The notes under the pieces are model-generated. The model did not search any database. It had not been told where the DNA came from and worked only from the letters and a program-made list of their open reading frames with translations. A program made the position numbers and the translations under genes. 64,000 nucleotides of DNA from Felis catus (taxonomy: Eukaryota), in assembly GCF_018350175.1 (NCBI RefSeq), contig NC_058368.1, positions 146,880,001-146,944,000 of the forward strand, in the 5' to 3' direction. This document shows, in pieces, positions 61,006 through 64,000 of this stretch; position 1 is the first letter of the stretch; every line of letters begins with the position of its first letter.

Positions 61006-61755
61006 TGCTATAGGATGAAGAAGTACCTCTCAAAAATGTCTACTCCCTAATGTCTGAAACCTATAAGTAGGTCATGTTACATAGCAAAAAAAGACTGTCC
61101 CGATGTGAAGTTTATGGATCTTGAAATGGAAAGATTATCCCTTTCAGACAAATCTAATCACACCAGCCTATAAAAGGAAGGGAAGGAAGCAAGCAAGCTA
61201 GCTGGTTGTTTCATACCCATTTAAGTGATAGTTAAGAAAAATTAATTTGGCAACTTTTTGGTGAAAAGTTGACTAAATCAGAGCAAGACTGGATTCAAAT
61301 TGCTTGTGTGTTATTTTAATATTGCAATAAAACCAACAAAACAAAAAATAAGAGGAGAACCTTTCCCAGCTGGAGTCAGAGGGATGCAGTGTGAGGATCT
61401 GACCCAAGTACTGACTCTGAAGATGGAGGAAGGGGACTATGAGCCAAGGAATGCACGTAGCATCTAGAAGCTGAGAACACCCCTCAGCTGATAGCCAGCA
61501 ATGAAACTGAACCTCTGTCCTATGACTGTAGGGAACTGAATTCTACCAATAGTCCAAATAAACAAGAAGATTCTTTCCCAGAGCCTTCATAAAGGAATAC
61601 AACACTGCTAACCCTTTGATACCAGTCTTGTGAAACTCTAAGCAGAGACTTGAGCCCACTGGACTTCTGACCTACAGAACCTGAAGTTATAAAATTTGGT
61701 ATGAAGGTACTCAGTTTCAGGTAACTTATTACAATAGCAATAGATAATTAATATA
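61006..61755 (+). mobile_element. MaLR LTR (MLT1D/E-like) interrupted by a ~170-nt insert
   Basis: 'gatcttgaaatggaaagattatcc...aatctaatcaca', 'tgaagatggaggaaggggactatgagccaaggaatgca...tctagaagctgagaac...ggaactgaattctaccaa', 'ggacttctgacctacagaac...gtaacttattacaatagcaatagataattaata'. Confidence 0.85.
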
Positions 61756-62006
61756 CCTTCATAGTATGTTAAGAGAATGCAAGTCATGCAATGGATTCTA
61801 CTTTTCTCTGTTCCTGTTCTCCCTTCCTTTCCCCTCAATGTCTAGCTAATAGGCACAATTCTTCTTCATTCTACAACTTAACTTCAATTGCATTTTCAAC
61901 AGCATTTTAAAACAGATAGAAATCCTTTAACAAGTAAACATAAGACCCAATATTTTCATTATAATAATAAATGTAAATGGGAGATTAGACCGTAAAACAA
62001 AATCCA

Positions 62007-62300
62007 AACAACATACTTAAACCACACTGCACAGGTCCACTTATACACGGAGTTTTTTGTTTCAATAAATACAGTACAGCACTGTAAATGTATATTCTCT
62101 TCTGATTTTTAAACCTTTTTCACTAGCTTACTTTATTGCCTAAACACATATGTATATATAATACATAAACAGATGATTAACACATTTTGTATATTTTATC
62201 AGTAAAGCTTCTGGTCAAAAATAGGCTCTTAGCAGTTACATTTTGGGGGAATGACAAGTGGTGCATGGATTTTTGGCTTGGGGGGGGCTTAGTTACAATA
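62007..62300 (+). mobile_element. Tigger2-family (TcMar-Tigger; MER8/MER28-like) DNA transposon fragment
   Basis: 'ctgcacaggtccacttatacacggagtttttt...aataaatacagtacagcactgtaaatgtat...ctagcttactttatt...gtaaagcttctggtcaa..taggct.ttagcagtt.cattttggggg'. Confidence 0.78.
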
Positions 62301-62538
62301 ATAACATCGACAATGAATTAAAAACAAAAGGCTCAAAATAGGATAAACGTAAAAAAGCTCAAAATGGGATGGATTGGGTCATAGGATGGAAATAATAGTC
62401 TTCACTTATTTCACTTATTTTGCTTTCACTCATTACTATTAAGTAACAAGACTCATTTGAAAACCCCTTTGCACACTTATAAAAAATTTTCCCTTGGAGA
62501 AAATACTCCCCTCCAGTTTTTAAGAATAAATCATGTCT

Positions 62539-64000
62539 GGATAGTAAGATGGCAGCATAGTAGGAGGACCCTAGCCTTGTCTTGTCCCTGCAACACAAGT
62601 AGGTAGCTATCAAATCTTTCTAAATACCACCAGAAACCATTCTGAGGACTAAAAGAACAAACTGCACATCCAAAGGGAGAGAAGAAGCCACATAGAGGAA
62701 GGTAGGAAGTGTGGAGATGTGGCTTAGAGGAGAAATGGATTCCAAGTGCTACAGACAGGAAGGAGCCCTTGTCACAGAGAAAGGCTAGAAAGTGGAGTCT
62801 GCAGGAAAGGAAAACATTTCCCCAAAGCCAGCGGCTGCAAAAATGAGAGGGGTTGATTTTCTTGCAACCAGCAGGGTTTAAAGACTGCAGTTTTAAATAA
62901 AAGCCAACAGGCTTGCCTGGGATAGAGCCCTGGGCATGCTCCACTACTTGTAGAGAGAAATCAGGCAAACCACCCAGGGGGCAGAAGGCTTTGAAACAGT
63001 GACCTGAGAAATGCCTGGGATACACAGAGGGGAGATTATTTGCTCCTCTTGGAGTGAGTTGCTGAGAGGTAGTGTTAATGGGATGCCTCTCTGGAAACAA
63101 AGGAGCTAGCTCTTGCCACTGCCCTCCCCCACGTCTCAGCATAAACATAGAACTACCTGTATTAAGCAGCAAAACACTGACACTTGCTGTCTACCCTGTT
63201 TGTTCCAAGTCCCATACTCCTGCATCATGGTGTGACTGCCCTTCTGAGTCAAGCTTGCCTCAGTCCCAGTATGTCAAGATCCTTCCCCAAAAGACCAGCA
63301 GAAACCCCTAACCACACCACATGTCCTGACCAGAATCCTGCAAAGCTTTGCGTTTGTGGAAGTAGAATCAGGTCTCATTTAACAAGCAGACCACAGCATA
63401 TCTAGTTATAACTTGCCATATTCTGGGCAAAAAGCAAACACTACCCATTTCAGGCAAGGAGAGCCTCTAGGGATGATTGGCCTGAAGGATAGAGAAGCCA
63501 AAACACAAGAGTAAAGCACATGCAGCCCACACCATAGGCATTCCCTGAAGCATCAGACCCAGGACACTATATGACCTCTTCTTCATAAAGCCATTACTCT
63601 CAGGAGCAGGGACAATAATGGGTTTTTCTAACATACAAAAGAAGATAGAGACTTAGACAAAATGCCGGGATGGAGGACTTCATCCCAAATTAAAGAACTA
63701 GATAAGGTCACAGCCAGAGATCTAAGTGAAACAGATACAAATAACATGCCTGATGGAGAGTTTAAAGCAACAATCTAAGGATAGCGGCTGGGCTTGAGAA
63801 GAGAATGGAAGACTTCAGGGAAAACCTTACTGCAGAGATAAGAGTTAAAGAATCAGAAATGAAAGAAAACAATAACTGATATTGAAAATAGGCTTGATGC
63901 AATCAACAGAAGGATGCAAGAAAGAGGAATGAATAAGTGATAAAAAGGACAAAATAATGGAAAATGATAAAGGTGAAAAAAGAGAAGTATTATGGAACAT
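62539..64000 (+). mobile_element. Carnivore L1 5' end: 5'UTR and disrupted ORF1 start (ATG 63662); runs off the window end
   Basis: 'aagatggcagcatagtaggaggaccctag' is homologous to the 5' end of the minus-strand L1 at about 40630. Translation from 63662 gives MPGWRTSSQIKELDKVTARDLSETDTNNMPDGEFKATI*, an L1 ORF1p N-terminus with a premature stop or frameshift. Confidence 0.9.

Noticed and set aside
62531..63172. Longest ORF (213 aa, minus strand)
   Set aside because: It lies antisense within an L1 5'UTR, starts at a non-ATG codon and shows no recognisable domain. Most likely a chance ORF in GC-richer sequence.
1..64000. A novel multi-gene system, CRISPR array or operon
   Set aside because: This is eukaryotic repeat-rich DNA. 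There are no long ORFs and no regularly spaced repeat-spacer arrays, and the dispersed ~200-nt repeats are ordinary Can-SINEs.

Overview
This window is non-coding mammalian genomic DNA from a felid, probably domestic cat or a close relative. That call rests on about 20 tRNA-Lys-derived carnivore SINEs (Can-SINE/SINEC_Fc type, some near-consensus with perfect target-site duplications) and on carnivore-type L1 3' and 5' ends. I cannot support any intact protein-coding gene, RNA gene or CpG island. The ORF track is explained by decayed L1 ORF2/5'UTR sequence, SINE and microsatellite read-through, and chance ORFs. Much of the window is interspersed repeat (L1, SINE, L2, MIR, MaLR/ERVL LTRs, MER20, a Tigger2-like element, HAL1). 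Repeat-poor AT-rich blocks at about 27.6-28.1, 32.2-33.4 and 47.7-56.8 kb resemble conserved non-coding or enhancer DNA. I found no previously undescribed biological system. The most interesting signals are fossil retrotransposition and repair events: a triple-nested L1 carrying a candidate 33-nt 3' transduction, a ~235-bp local templated copy of an L1 segment 8.5 kb away, a twin-primed (5'-inverted) L1, an orientation switch plus unexplained inserts inside an MLT2 LTR, and a short AATAAA/A-tailed insert inside an MLT1E LTR. Repeat family names come from my recollection of consensus sequences, not from a search, and boundaries of old elements are approximate.
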